A stretch of 64,000 nucleotides of DNA from Bradymonadia bacterium (GTDB lineage: Bacteria; Myxococcota_A; Bradymonadia; UBA7976; UBA1532), in assembly GCA_046290225.1 (NCBI GenBank), contig JBKAGE010000002.1, positions 1 through 64,000 of the forward strand, read 5' to 3'. The notes beneath the pieces were generated by a model. It was not told where the DNA came from, did no database searches, and saw only the letters and a list, made by a program, of their open reading frames with translations. Positions 1 through 9,100 of this stretch are shown piece by piece (the stretch's first letter is position 1; each line of letters opens with the position of its first letter). The position numbers and the translations under genes were made by a program.

Positions 1-98
1 CTCCACTCGGCCATCGGGAAGTTCAAGCGTGTCCGAGCACCCACCCCCTGCTCATTCTTCGTACTTCACGTCAATCCTATTTTGGTGCGATTGCCCTG
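1..98 (-). mobile_element. Probable terminus of an ISAs1-family insertion sequence interrupting hslO (rest of element outside window)
   Basis: The minus strand from 98 reads CAGGGCAATCGCACCAAAATAGGATTGAC, and CAGGG ends are characteristic of the ISAs1 family. Hsp33-like coding similarity begins abruptly at 99. Bases 1-98 are less GC-rich and not Hsp33-like. Confidence 0.55.
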
Positions 99-521
99 GA
101 CGAGGCCGGTCTGCCCATCGCCAGCGCCGGCGTGCTGGTGCAGGGTATGCCTGGCACCAAGACCGAAAAGGGCGATCCGATCCGCGAGGCGCAACACGCC
201 CTGCGTCAGGGGCTGATCCACAAGTGGCTCAAGTTCGTCGTCAAAGACGGCGGCACCCCCGAGGCCCCTGAGCTGGCCTCGGCTGCCGTAGAGGGCCACC
301 TGCTGCGGAACATGGCGGTGACGCCGCTGTCGTTCTTCTGCCCCTGCTCGCCTGACCGGCTGCACCGGGCCCTCACCAGCATGGGGGTGGAGGAGCTCAC
401 GTCGATGATCGAAGAGGATCACGGCGCCACGGCCACGTGCCCCTTCTGCAACACCACCTACCGGGTCACAGAAGAAGAGCTCACGGAGCTTCGAGACCGC
501 CTCGCCCGCACCGTGCACTGA
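99..521 (+). pseudogene. hslO: Hsp33 redox-regulated chaperone, C-terminal part (interrupted or truncated at 5' end)
   Basis: DEAGLPIASAGVLVQGMPG segment plus the Zn-centre CPC...CPFC motif (CxC-x~30-CxxC). Confidence 0.75.
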
Positions 522-554
522 ACACTGAGCACTGAAAACTGAGGGACATCGCCG

Positions 555-1889
555 ATGTCGGCCACCGAACGTAAATCCCCCCTCAAGGCCATCCTCGACA
601 TCCGGCGCCAGGAGCTGCCCCTGGCCCTGTCGATGTTCGGCTACTTCTTCCTGGTGATCACGACGTTCTGGATCTTGAAGCCCCTCAAGAAGGGGCTCTT
701 CATCCAGCATTACGACGCCACGGGCTTCAGCATCTTCGGCGCCGAGTTCAGCGCCAGCGAAGCAGAGCTGCTGGCCAAGGTGGCCAACATGTTCGTGGCC
801 TTCGTGGCGGTGGTGGCCTTCACGTGGCTGGTCCGACACTTCAGACGCCAACAGCTCACGTTGGTCTTCAGCGCCTTCTTCGGGGTGTGCTTCGTGGCCT
901 ACAACATGCTGCTCGGCGCCGAAGGTGGCCCTGGCAGCGGCGTGGTGTGGTCTTTCTACCTGTTCGGCGATCTCTACAGCACCCTCATGGTGGCGACGTT
1001 CTTCGCCTTCATGAACGACAGCGTAGACAGCGACAAAGCAAAGCGCCTGTACGGCCTCGTGGGCCTCGGCGGCGTCGCCGGCGGGGTCTTCGGCACCACC
1101 ACGGTGCGCACTCAGATCAAGAACATCGAGCTCGGCGAGTGGATGTGGGTGAGCCTGGCCATCGCCCTCTTCATCGCCGCTCTGGCTCTCTACGCCGGCC
1201 GCCTCGTCGATCGCGATCCGCCGCCAGCGGCCCCCAAAAAGGAAGAGGCCCCCAAGAAGGCCGGGAACCCCGCATTCGAAGGCGCCGCGTTGGTCTTCCG
1301 CTCGAAGTACCTGCTCTCGGTGGTGGCCATCGTGGGCCTCTACGAGATCGCCTCGACGGTGATGGACTTCCAGTTCACCGCCACCATCGCCCACTATCTC
1401 GACGGCCCCGCCATCGGTGAGCAGTTCGCCACGGTCTACACGATCACCAACATCGCTTCGCTGGTGGTGCAGCTTCTGCTCACGAGCTTCGTGATGACCC
1501 GCTTCGGCGTAGGCATCGCCCTGATGATTCTGCCAGCGGCCATCTTGCTGGGCTCGGCGGTCTTCGTGGTGGCCCCGGTTCTGTGGGTGGGCAGCTTACT
1601 CAACACCACGGACAACGCCTTCAGCTACTCGATCAATCAGTCGGCGAAAGAGGCGCTCTACGTGCCCACGACCTCTGAGGAGAAGTACAAGGCGAAGGCC
1701 TTCATCGACATGTTCGTGCAGCGCTTCGCCAAGGCCATCGCGGTGGGCGTGAGCTTGGGTCTCGGGGCCATCGCAGATGACTTCTCGGCCCTGCGCTGGC
1801 TATCGGGCTTCACCATCGTGGTGGTGCTGTTGTGGTTGGTGGCGGTGCGGTACGTCGGGCGGGAGTTTAAGGAGATGGAGGGGCGCTGA
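555..1889 (+). CDS. Npt/TLC-like (NTP/NDP exchange) MFS transporter
   Basis: 444 aa with about 12 TM segments. Motifs FWILKPLK, AKRLYGLVGLG and KEALYVPT...KYKAKAFIDMFVQR are typical of the family. RBS GAGGG upstream. Confidence 0.8.
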   Translation: MSATERKSPLKAILDIRRQELPLALSMFGYFFLVITTFWILKPLKKGLFIQHYDATGFSIFGAEFSASEAELLAKVANMFVAFVAVVAFTWLVRHFRRQQLTLVFSAFFGVCFVAYNMLLGAEGGPGSGVVWSFYLFGDLYSTLMVATFFAFMNDSVDSDKAKRLYGLVGLGGVAGGVFGTTTVRTQIKNIELGEWMWVSLAIALFIAALALYAGRLVDRDPPPAAPKKEEAPKKAGNPAFEGAALVFRSKYLLSVVAIVGLYEIASTVMDFQFTATIAHYLDGPAIGEQFATVYTITNIASLVVQLLLTSFVMTRFGVGIALMILPAAILLGSAVFVVAPVLWVGSLLNTTDNAFSYSINQSAKEALYVPTTSEEKYKAKAFIDMFVQRFAKAIAVGVSLGLGAIADDFSALRWLSGFTIVVVLLWLVAVRYVGREFKEMEGR

Positions 1890-2238
1890 GGGGCTCGCTG
1901 ACGCTCGCAGATCAGTTTTCGGGCACGGGCACGGGCACGGGCACGGGCACGAGTTGATTCATCTGTGGACCCGTGGCCCTGCATGACTCCGCTCATAGCG
2001 TTGTGATGATGGAGGCCCTACTCAACCCCATGTTCTTCTCATTGGAGGCTTTGGCCTCCATACACCCCAAGACCTGAACTCTCAGGTCGTTCTGCAACAC
2101 ATCATCTCAGCTTCAATTGCAGCCTTCGTCCTGAACCCAGGCAGGGCCACGGGTCCACACCCGAATCAACTCGTGCCCGTGCCCGTGCCCGTGCCCGTGC
2201 CCGAAAACTGATCTGCGAGCGTCAGCGAGCCCCTCAGC
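1885..2238. repeat. Hairpin (MITE/REPIN-like) element copy 1 with ~98-bp inverted arms, each containing (GGGCAC)5
   Basis: 1885-1982 is the reverse complement of about 2141-2238 with only a few mismatches. Homologous element at 13919-14239. Confidence 0.9.
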
Positions 2239-2716
2239 CCAACCTCAAAGACTCAGTCGCCACGATCACTCCATCCTCATCCGCAGCAACCCACGACCCT
2301 TCAGCAATCACAGCATTACCGAACCGCAACGTCTCTCCACGCACCCCATGACCGCGTTTGATGCTCTTCCGAGGACAGGTGCCCAGGGCCATCACGCCCA
2401 CGGCGATCTCCCCGATGGGCTTTGAGTCGCGAATGCAGCCGTAGACCAGTACGCCTGACCAGCCATTGTCTACCGCCTTTGTCGCCAGGCGGTCACCCAC
2501 CAGCGCGCAGCGGAACGATCCTCCTCCATCCACCACCAGCACACGGCCATTGCCGGGCTCGGTGAGGGCCTCGCGCACCAGCGTGTTGTCTTCGTGGCAC
2601 TTCACCGTGTGCACCGTGCCCGAAAAGGCCGGCACCGCGCCGTAGCTGCGCCAGGGCAGCTCGATCACTTGAATTTCGTCGGCGTGCTCATCACACAGGT
2701 CAGCGGTCGGTGTCAT
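2234..2716 (-). CDS. rraA: RraA/MenG-family protein (RNase E regulator / HMG aldolase-like)
   Basis: MTPTADLCDE start; TVKCHEDN, VLVVDGGGS, GCIRDS and ADEDGVIV motifs. Confidence 0.9.
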   Translation of the reverse strand: MTPTADLCDEHADEIQVIELPWRSYGAVPAFSGTVHTVKCHEDNTLVREALTEPGNGRVLVVDGGGSFRCALVGDRLATKAVDNGWSGVLVYGCIRDSKPIGEIAVGVMALGTCPRKSIKRGHGVRGETLRFGNAVIAEGSWVAADEDGVIVATESLRLG

Positions 2717-2795
2717 ACAGGCTTCTCCAGCAACGTCTACCCCCCCGGCGACATCTGGTGTACCAGATCCCCCGGTGATGCACGCATCGTGAAGT

Positions 2796-4691
2796 GTGCA
2801 TCGACCGTTCACCTTCGAGATCGAGGTCGATTTGTCCACTCAGGAGCCCACAGGCCGCAGCAAAGGCGTCGAGCGCGGCCTGCACTTCTGGCACGCCTTC
2901 GTCAAACAGTACTGGCTCTGGTACGTCTTCGGTCTCGCGTGCCTCGCCGGGACCACCGCCCTCACCGTGGCCATCCCCGACTTCGTGCGCTATGCCGTCG
3001 ACGCCCTCGAGCAACGGGGCCCCGACGGGCAAGGCGAGGCGGTCAACTGGGCCATCGCGATTCTGGTGGCTGGGGTGTCGATCATCATCGTGCGCACGTT
3101 GAGCCGCACGCTGTTTTTCAATCCTGGCCGGGCCATCGAGTACCAGGTCAAAAACCACCTGTTCGCCACCCTGCTCACTCGACCCAAGCGCTACTTCGAC
3201 CGGGTGCGGCCCGGCGACATCATCAGCCGGGGCACCAACGACACCAACTCTGTGCGCGGGCTCGTGGGCTTCGCCACGCTGCAGCTGTTCAACGTGGCCT
3301 TCACCTTGTCGTTCACCCTCGGGCGTATGTTCTGGATGGACGCAGAGCTGGCCTTGTGGTGTGTCGTGCCCCTGGTGCTGGCGGCCTATATTCTGCGCCG
3401 GGCCGTGAAGGCCATGTTCAGCCTCACTGGCCTGTTCCAGCAGCAGCTGTCGGTGCTCTCAGCCCGAATTCTGGAGACGTACACCGGTGTCGGTGTGCTG
3501 CAGTCGTTCAACGCAGTGCCTGGGGCCCTCGCACGCTTCGACGAAGCCAACAACCGGCTGCTCGAGCTGTCGTTGAAGCTGGTCACCATCCGCTCGTGGT
3601 TGCTCCCCGTAGTCTCGGTCATGGGCAATGTGTGCGTGGTGCTGGTGCTCTACATCGGCGGCCGCCGTGTGGGCGCCCCTGCAGGGAGCGAGCTGGCCCC
3701 CCTCACCCTCGGCGAGCTCACCGCTTTCACGGTGTTCATCACGATCCTGGTGAACGGCCTCACCTCCCTGGGCTGGCTGGTGAACGCCGCCCAGCGGGGG
3801 TGGATCGCGCTGGAGCGTGTGTACGAGGTGATGCAGGCAGCCGAGAGCCGTCTGCAGCCCACAGGTGCGCTGCCTCCTCGAGCCGCTGAGCAACCCGGTC
3901 GGGGCATCGAGGTGACTGGGCTCACCTTCGAACACCCCGTGCCCCATGAAGGTGCGAAAGACGAGGTGGAGCGCGGTCCGGTGCTGCAAGACGTGAGCTT
4001 CACCATCAAGCCCGGCGAGACTCTGGGGATCTTCGGACTCACTGGCGCTGGGAAGACCACGCTGCTCAACATCCTGAGCCGGGTGTACGAGCCTCCACGC
4101 GGCACCGTGAAGCTCGACGGGGTCGACATCCTCGACATCCCCGTAGAGCAGTACTGGCAGGCCATGGCCTACGTGACCCAGGAGCCCTTTCTCTTCAGCC
4201 GCACCTTGCGGGAGAACGTGGCCCTGGCTCAGACGCCAGAAGACATCGACGACGACCGTCTGCAGCACGCCATCGAAGATGCCGCGCTCGCCGGAGACAT
4301 CAAGGCCCTCACCGAGGGCTTGCAGACCCGGGTGGGCGAGCGGGGGATCACGCTTTCCGGCGGCCAGCGGCAACGCACTGCGCTGGCTCGAGCCTTCTAT
4401 CGAGACTACGAGGTGTTGCTGCTCGACGACGTGCTCAGCGCCGTAGATCACGCCACAGAGAAGAAGCTCATCGAGGCGATCTATCGTCGGGCGGCGGGGG
4501 GCACCACAGTGCTGGTGTCACACCGCATCAGCGCCCTCGCGCAGGCCGATCGGGTGCTGGTGCTCGAAGAAGGTCGGGTGGTGACCTGCGCCACCCACGA
4601 AGCCCTCATCGCCGACGAGTCGAGCGAGTATGCTCAGGCCTGGGCGCTGCAGCAGGCGGCGGAAGAGTCTGCCAGGGCCGGGGCCGCCTGA
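2796..4691 (+). CDS. ABC exporter fused permease/ATPase (MdlA/BmrC-like subunit)
   Basis: 6-TM TMD plus NBD: GLTGAGKT, LSGGQRQR, degenerate Walker B LLLDDVLSAVD. Exact start uncertain. Confidence 0.9.
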   Translation: MHRPFTFEIEVDLSTQEPTGRSKGVERGLHFWHAFVKQYWLWYVFGLACLAGTTALTVAIPDFVRYAVDALEQRGPDGQGEAVNWAIAILVAGVSIIIVRTLSRTLFFNPGRAIEYQVKNHLFATLLTRPKRYFDRVRPGDIISRGTNDTNSVRGLVGFATLQLFNVAFTLSFTLGRMFWMDAELALWCVVPLVLAAYILRRAVKAMFSLTGLFQQQLSVLSARILETYTGVGVLQSFNAVPGALARFDEANNRLLELSLKLVTIRSWLLPVVSVMGNVCVVLVLYIGGRRVGAPAGSELAPLTLGELTAFTVFITILVNGLTSLGWLVNAAQRGWIALERVYEVMQAAESRLQPTGALPPRAAEQPGRGIEVTGLTFEHPVPHEGAKDEVERGPVLQDVSFTIKPGETLGIFGLTGAGKTTLLNILSRVYEPPRGTVKLDGVDILDIPVEQYWQAMAYVTQEPFLFSRTLRENVALAQTPEDIDDDRLQHAIEDAALAGDIKALTEGLQTRVGERGITLSGGQRQRTALARAFYRDYEVLLLDDVLSAVDHATEKKLIEAIYRRAAGGTTVLVSHRISALAQADRVLVLEEGRVVTCATHEALIADESSEYAQAWALQQAAEESARAGAA

Positions 4692-4729
4692 TCATGGCTT
4701 TACTGCTCTGACCTTCACGACCCAGCTCG

Positions 4730-6778
4730 TCACTGCCTTGATCCCAGCCGGGTGCTCACACGACGCATCACCTCTTCTACGAGGGCCTCGTTGGCGATGA
4801 GCGCGAGGTGATCCTCGTCCGAGAAATAGAGCAACCCATCGGGGCTAAGTGCGGTGCACCGACGTGCGGAGTCTCCCGAGTCCGTCACCGGGCACGTGAG
4901 GGCCTTGGGATCCACGGTCATCACGTTGGGCAGCCTCGCCGCAGTGTCGAGAATGACCTGATCCACCGCATGCACCCGAGCATCCACGGATGCATAGGGG
5001 AACGAGAGCCGCGTGCGTGCTTCTGCCAGATCGAGCCCACGCTGGCTGAGCTTCCACATGCGCTCGACTGGATCCCAGCCGTTGGTATGGGGCGACAAGA
5101 ACACCACCACGAGAGCGCTGTTCGCTGACAGATGCTCGATGGATCGCTCCAGGCTGGCGAAGTAGTCGACCTGCCGCTTCTCGGGTGGATCGAGGGGCGC
5201 GTCGGCGACATAGGTCCGGGCGATCTTCTCGATGCCGCCCACACCATTGTCGAAGCCATCTCCCGTGACGTAGAGCGGATGCCTCGCCTGCAGAATGGTG
5301 ACCCGCTTCACATCTGCAGATTGGGCGATCACGTCAGCACGACGTTGCTGATAGGCCCGATCGCATTGTGAGTGCCCGCGGTGGATGAAAGCATCCAGCC
5401 CAAGCACAAAGGGGCACCCACCCCGGGTGAGGTCGGTCAACCGCCGGACGCTGTGCAGGCGTCGATGGAGCGCCTCCGACAGGACCCGGCCGTGGGAATC
5501 CCCCACGATCACCACCTCGAACTCTGCCTCGGGTGCTCCATCTATCCGACACGGTGGCGCGTCTTCTGTGAGGGCGGCGCGGTTGCAGCTTCTGCCCTCG
5601 TGTCTGATGCCCGGAAATTTCGGCGGCGCCATCACGTTGTGATCGGTCAACCTGATCTCACCGAGGGGGCCACCGGCCTGCTGCGCGATGCCGTAGCCGA
5701 GGACACCGAAGAGCACCAGCGAGATCGTCGAGACCGGTAACACCATGCCCTTGAACCGCGATCGTTCTCGAAAGGGCGCCTCTACGAAGCGCCACGTCAG
5801 GTAGGCCAGCACCATCGACAAGGCGCTCAGCGCGAGGGACTCCGAGATCGTGGTCTCTTCCAGAGAAGCATGCCGGGCAAAGACGAGGATGGGCTGGTGC
5901 CAGAGGTAGGCGCTGTACGAGATGAGACCCACGCCCACCATGGGCCGCAAGCTCAGCAGCCGATGGGTCGGCGTGCCCGGCACCGCGAAGAGGATGATCA
6001 ACACGGTGCCCACCGTGGGGACCAGGGCATACACGCTGGGAAACGGCGTGGACTCATCGAAGGCGAAGATGGACACACCAATGAGGACGAGCCCGATGCC
6101 GCTCAAGATCGCTGAGGATCCACGGCTCGGTGTCCGGGGCTCTGGTCCGTTGAGATAGAGGGCGGCGAAGACGCCGATGAGCAGCTCCCACGCCCGGGTA
6201 TGCAGCATGAAGAAGTTGGCGCTCGGCGCGTGCACCGACGACCACTGTGATCCCACGAGGCTCGCCACGAAGATCAGGGCGAGCGTCACCTTCAGCCAGG
6301 CTCTGCCCAGCTTCCAAACCGCCAACAGCAGGAGCGGGAAGATGACGTAGTACTGCTCTTCCACCCCGAGGCTCCACATGTGGAGCAGAGGCTTGAACTC
6401 TGCCGCGGTGTCGAAGTACCCGCTCTCCCGCCAGAACAGGATGTTGGCGCCAAAGGCCGCGGTGGCTGTGATGCTTTGCCCGTAATCCTTGAGGTCACTG
6501 GGCAGAAGCCACATCCAGGCGAAGGGCAGCGTGGCGAGAATCACCACGAAAAGCGCCGGAAGTATCCGCCGCGCCCGTCGTTCGTAGAACTCGAGGATGC
6601 TCAGCTTCCCCCGAGCGAGATCACGCATGAGGATTGTGCTGATCAAATAGCCGCTGATCACGAAGAAGACATCCACACCTACGAAGCCGCCGCTGAACTG
6701 CGTGAGCCCCGCATGGAACAGAATGACCGGGAGCACGGCGACGGCGCGCAGACCGTCGATCTCCGGGCGATACTTCAT
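4730..6778 (-). CDS. Acyltransferase-3 + SGNH O-acetyltransferase (OafA/OatA-like)
   Basis: YRPEIDGLRAVAV, GVDVFFVISGYLI, HMWSLGVEEQYY; C-terminal GDSH and DEDH SGNH motifs. Confidence 0.92.
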   Translation of the reverse strand: MKYRPEIDGLRAVAVLPVILFHAGLTQFSGGFVGVDVFFVISGYLISTILMRDLARGKLSILEFYERRARRILPALFVVILATLPFAWMWLLPSDLKDYGQSITATAAFGANILFWRESGYFDTAAEFKPLLHMWSLGVEEQYYVIFPLLLLAVWKLGRAWLKVTLALIFVASLVGSQWSSVHAPSANFFMLHTRAWELLIGVFAALYLNGPEPRTPSRGSSAILSGIGLVLIGVSIFAFDESTPFPSVYALVPTVGTVLIILFAVPGTPTHRLLSLRPMVGVGLISYSAYLWHQPILVFARHASLEETTISESLALSALSMVLAYLTWRFVEAPFRERSRFKGMVLPVSTISLVLFGVLGYGIAQQAGGPLGEIRLTDHNVMAPPKFPGIRHEGRSCNRAALTEDAPPCRIDGAPEAEFEVVIVGDSHGRVLSEALHRRLHSVRRLTDLTRGGCPFVLGLDAFIHRGHSQCDRAYQQRRADVIAQSADVKRVTILQARHPLYVTGDGFDNGVGGIEKIARTYVADAPLDPPEKRQVDYFASLERSIEHLSANSALVVVFLSPHTNGWDPVERMWKLSQRGLDLAEARTRLSFPYASVDARVHAVDQVILDTAARLPNVMTVDPKALTCPVTDSGDSARRCTALSPDGLLYFSDEDHLALIANEALVEEVMRRVSTRLGSRQ

Positions 6779-6965
6779 GAAGCAGGCACCTCCTCGCGAC
6801 GCTCGGGCTCCTCGAGCGCCATCTGCAGAAGATCTGTATCAGCGGCACCGGGATTTGTAGAGCTTTAGAGTGGTGGCCAGAGCGTCGTGTCTCGGGAGAA
6901 GTGGCAGGGATCTGGTGTGGCAGTTCGAGCCGCCACCTCAGCGGCTCGCTCTCAGCGGCTTTCTC

Positions 6966-7805
6966 TCAGTGCCCTTTGACAACAGCACCCTTGGCGAGCA
7001 GTTGCTCCCGACGCTCTCGCCAGACCTTGGCGTACCGGTAGAACGGCACCGCCGGGTAGAGGTGGTGGATCAGATGGTAGTTCTGGAACATCAGGAGCGG
7101 CGTCATCCAGCCCGAGGGGCGTAGGGTCGTGGCCTTGTAGCGGTCCTCTTTCGAAGTGATCTGGTGCGGGCGGTGGGGCAGATAGTCGAAAGAGAATGCC
7201 AGAAACCCGATGGCCAGCCGGGCGGGGATCAACCACGCCAGGGCCACCTCGGTGCCATGGCCAGCGACGACGAGGGTGATGATCAGTCCGTAGATCAACA
7301 CCAGCGTGCTCACCGTCTCCACGAGCTCTTTTCGAGGCCGGCCGGCCCTGGCGTACACCACGTAGTAGTGAAAATCCTGGGTGAGCCAGCGCAGAGGCAG
7401 CAGCCACTTGGGACCACGACCACTCCAGAAGTCGGGATCTTTCACAGGATCGTTGGTGTGCTTGTGATGGGTCAGATGCACATGACGAAAGGCCGGAAAC
7501 GGTGCTGTGAGCACGATGGAGCACAGACGCCCCACGACCTCGTTGGGCCAGCGCTTGCGGGTCACCGAGCGGTGAGAGGCGTCGTGCATTGGGGTGAAGG
7601 CCGCGAAGGCACACCACGACGCCAGCGGGAGCGAGATGAAGAGGCTCAGGCGATGATCCATCACGCCGACGAAGGCGAAGAGCCAGCCCAGGAGCGCGAA
7701 AGCCGTGAGGGCCAGCGTGGGCCAGGCGACGGGCACCAGGGTGAGGGCGCCTTTCGAGCGGGGGGCTTTCTTGGGCATCGAGCGGGTCTCAGCTGCAGTG
7801 GCCAT
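6966..7805 (-). CDS. Membrane fatty-acid desaturase/hydroxylase family protein
   Basis: Three His boxes (HDASH, HLTHH, HLIHH) with TM segments. Confidence 0.88.
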   Translation of the reverse strand: MATAAETRSMPKKAPRSKGALTLVPVAWPTLALTAFALLGWLFAFVGVMDHRLSLFISLPLASWCAFAAFTPMHDASHRSVTRKRWPNEVVGRLCSIVLTAPFPAFRHVHLTHHKHTNDPVKDPDFWSGRGPKWLLPLRWLTQDFHYYVVYARAGRPRKELVETVSTLVLIYGLIITLVVAGHGTEVALAWLIPARLAIGFLAFSFDYLPHRPHQITSKEDRYKATTLRPSGWMTPLLMFQNYHLIHHLYPAVPFYRYAKVWRERREQLLAKGAVVKGH

Positions 7806-7857
7806 GGTGCGCTCCCGGCATCGAGGTGATGGCGTGACCATATCTACTCACGAGTAG

Positions 7858-8796
7858 TTAATCAAGCAGACGATCAAGAGAGATGGTGATCACCGCCGGT
7901 GTGTCCTGGTGTGCTGACATCGAGATCAGCGCTCCCCCTGGAGATGCTTTGACCTTGGGAAATTTGAACGGCTCCGGGCACGACCACACGCCCTGCTCGG
8001 CGCCGTCCTCGCCGCGGATCAGCGTGATGCAGCCCTGGTTGTCTTTGGTGGTGGCCACCACGACATGCTCACCGACCCGAGTCAGACTGACGATGTGCCC
8101 GGCAAAGGGGCCTTCTCTGTGCCAGAGCGGCGCGGAGACGCCCATCTGCCAGAGGGTCAGCCCTCTCCACTGGTGGCCTGCCGACGAGCGGGCGTCCCAG
8201 ATCAGCACACGCTCATCATCGAGACAGGCAACGTGATTGTCGCCGTGCATGGCCATCAACGCCTTACGCCCCTTGAGCAGCCGGGCCTTGATCTCGCCAC
8301 CCGAAGCAGTGGCCAGCAGGGCGCCGGTGGGTGACAGGTCGATCCCCTGCACCCAGTGCTTCTTCGAGGCCTTGAGCGATTTGCCTATGACAGCTCTGGC
8401 CTCGAGATCTGTGACCACAGGCGTGCGATCACCCGACATGCCCGTCGCCCCTGTCACCGCCCAGCGGCCGTCGGCGGAGGTGCCCATGATCTCCAGCGCC
8501 CTCGTGGGCAACGAGATGGTGTGCGTCAGCACGCCGGTCTGGAGATCGAGCAGCTTGATCGCGTCTTCCCCTGTGGGGCCGCCCCGACGCACGCCCACCA
8601 CCACCCACTCACCGCTCACAGCGACGTGCTTGGGCCAGCCCACCTCGGTGCGCCACCGCAGCTCGCCCTCGACCCAGAGCGAGACGTGATTGGTGTTGTC
8701 GCTCGTGATGATGTGACCTTCGTCGGTCACCGCTGCATCCCACAGGTGGGCGTCGTGATCGAGTCGAGCGTGAACGGGGATGTTGGGGTGAGTCAC
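7858..8796 (-). CDS. Hypothetical beta-propeller (WD40/PQQ-like) protein, paralog A
   Basis: Beta-rich repeats (IDLSPTGALLATAS, KASPGG). GTG start with GGAG RBS. Collinear similarity to 9101-10054. Confidence 0.6.
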   Translation of the reverse strand: MTHPNIPVHARLDHDAHLWDAAVTDEGHIITSDNTNHVSLWVEGELRWRTEVGWPKHVAVSGEWVVVGVRRGGPTGEDAIKLLDLQTGVLTHTISLPTRALEIMGTSADGRWAVTGATGMSGDRTPVVTDLEARAVIGKSLKASKKHWVQGIDLSPTGALLATASGGEIKARLLKGRKALMAMHGDNHVACLDDERVLIWDARSSAGHQWRGLTLWQMGVSAPLWHREGPFAGHIVSLTRVGEHVVVATTKDNQGCITLIRGEDGAEQGVWSCPEPFKFPKVKASPGGALISMSAHQDTPAVITISLDRLLD

Positions 8797-8828
8797 CAGA
8801 GAGGCTCCAGAGTGAGGCAAGTCAAAGA

Positions 8829-9100
8829 GGTCCTAACACAATGGCGGACCGAGTCAGGAGGGTGAGGTGCGAGTGAGGCAGTCGAAAGACCCGCAGGCGA
8901 TGCCCAAGCATCGTCGAGGACGCTTTCGGCTGCATCGCGAAGTGCTGAGGCCAGACAGGCGAAGGTATCTGGCTTTGCCAGACAACTCGTAGTCGACAGA
9001 GGCGAAGCCGACGGAGCGAAGAGCTGCCCATCGGGTGCCTTCGTCTGGCTGGGCTAGACAACACTGCCTTCCTGGCGACGGGAGCTGTTTTGTTAGGAAC
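8829..9100. mobile_element. MITE-like non-autonomous element
   Basis: Terminal inverted repeats GGTCCTAACACAA / TTTTGTTAGGAAC. Flanking direct repeat TCAAAGA at 8822-8828 and 9101-9107. Internal hairpins are shared with 32365-32539. Confidence 0.7.

Noticed and set aside
1885..2238. Retron msr-msd (inverted arms enclosing hairpins)
   Set aside because: No adjacent RT, the arms are far longer than typical a1/a2 repeats, and the element is dispersed in several copies.
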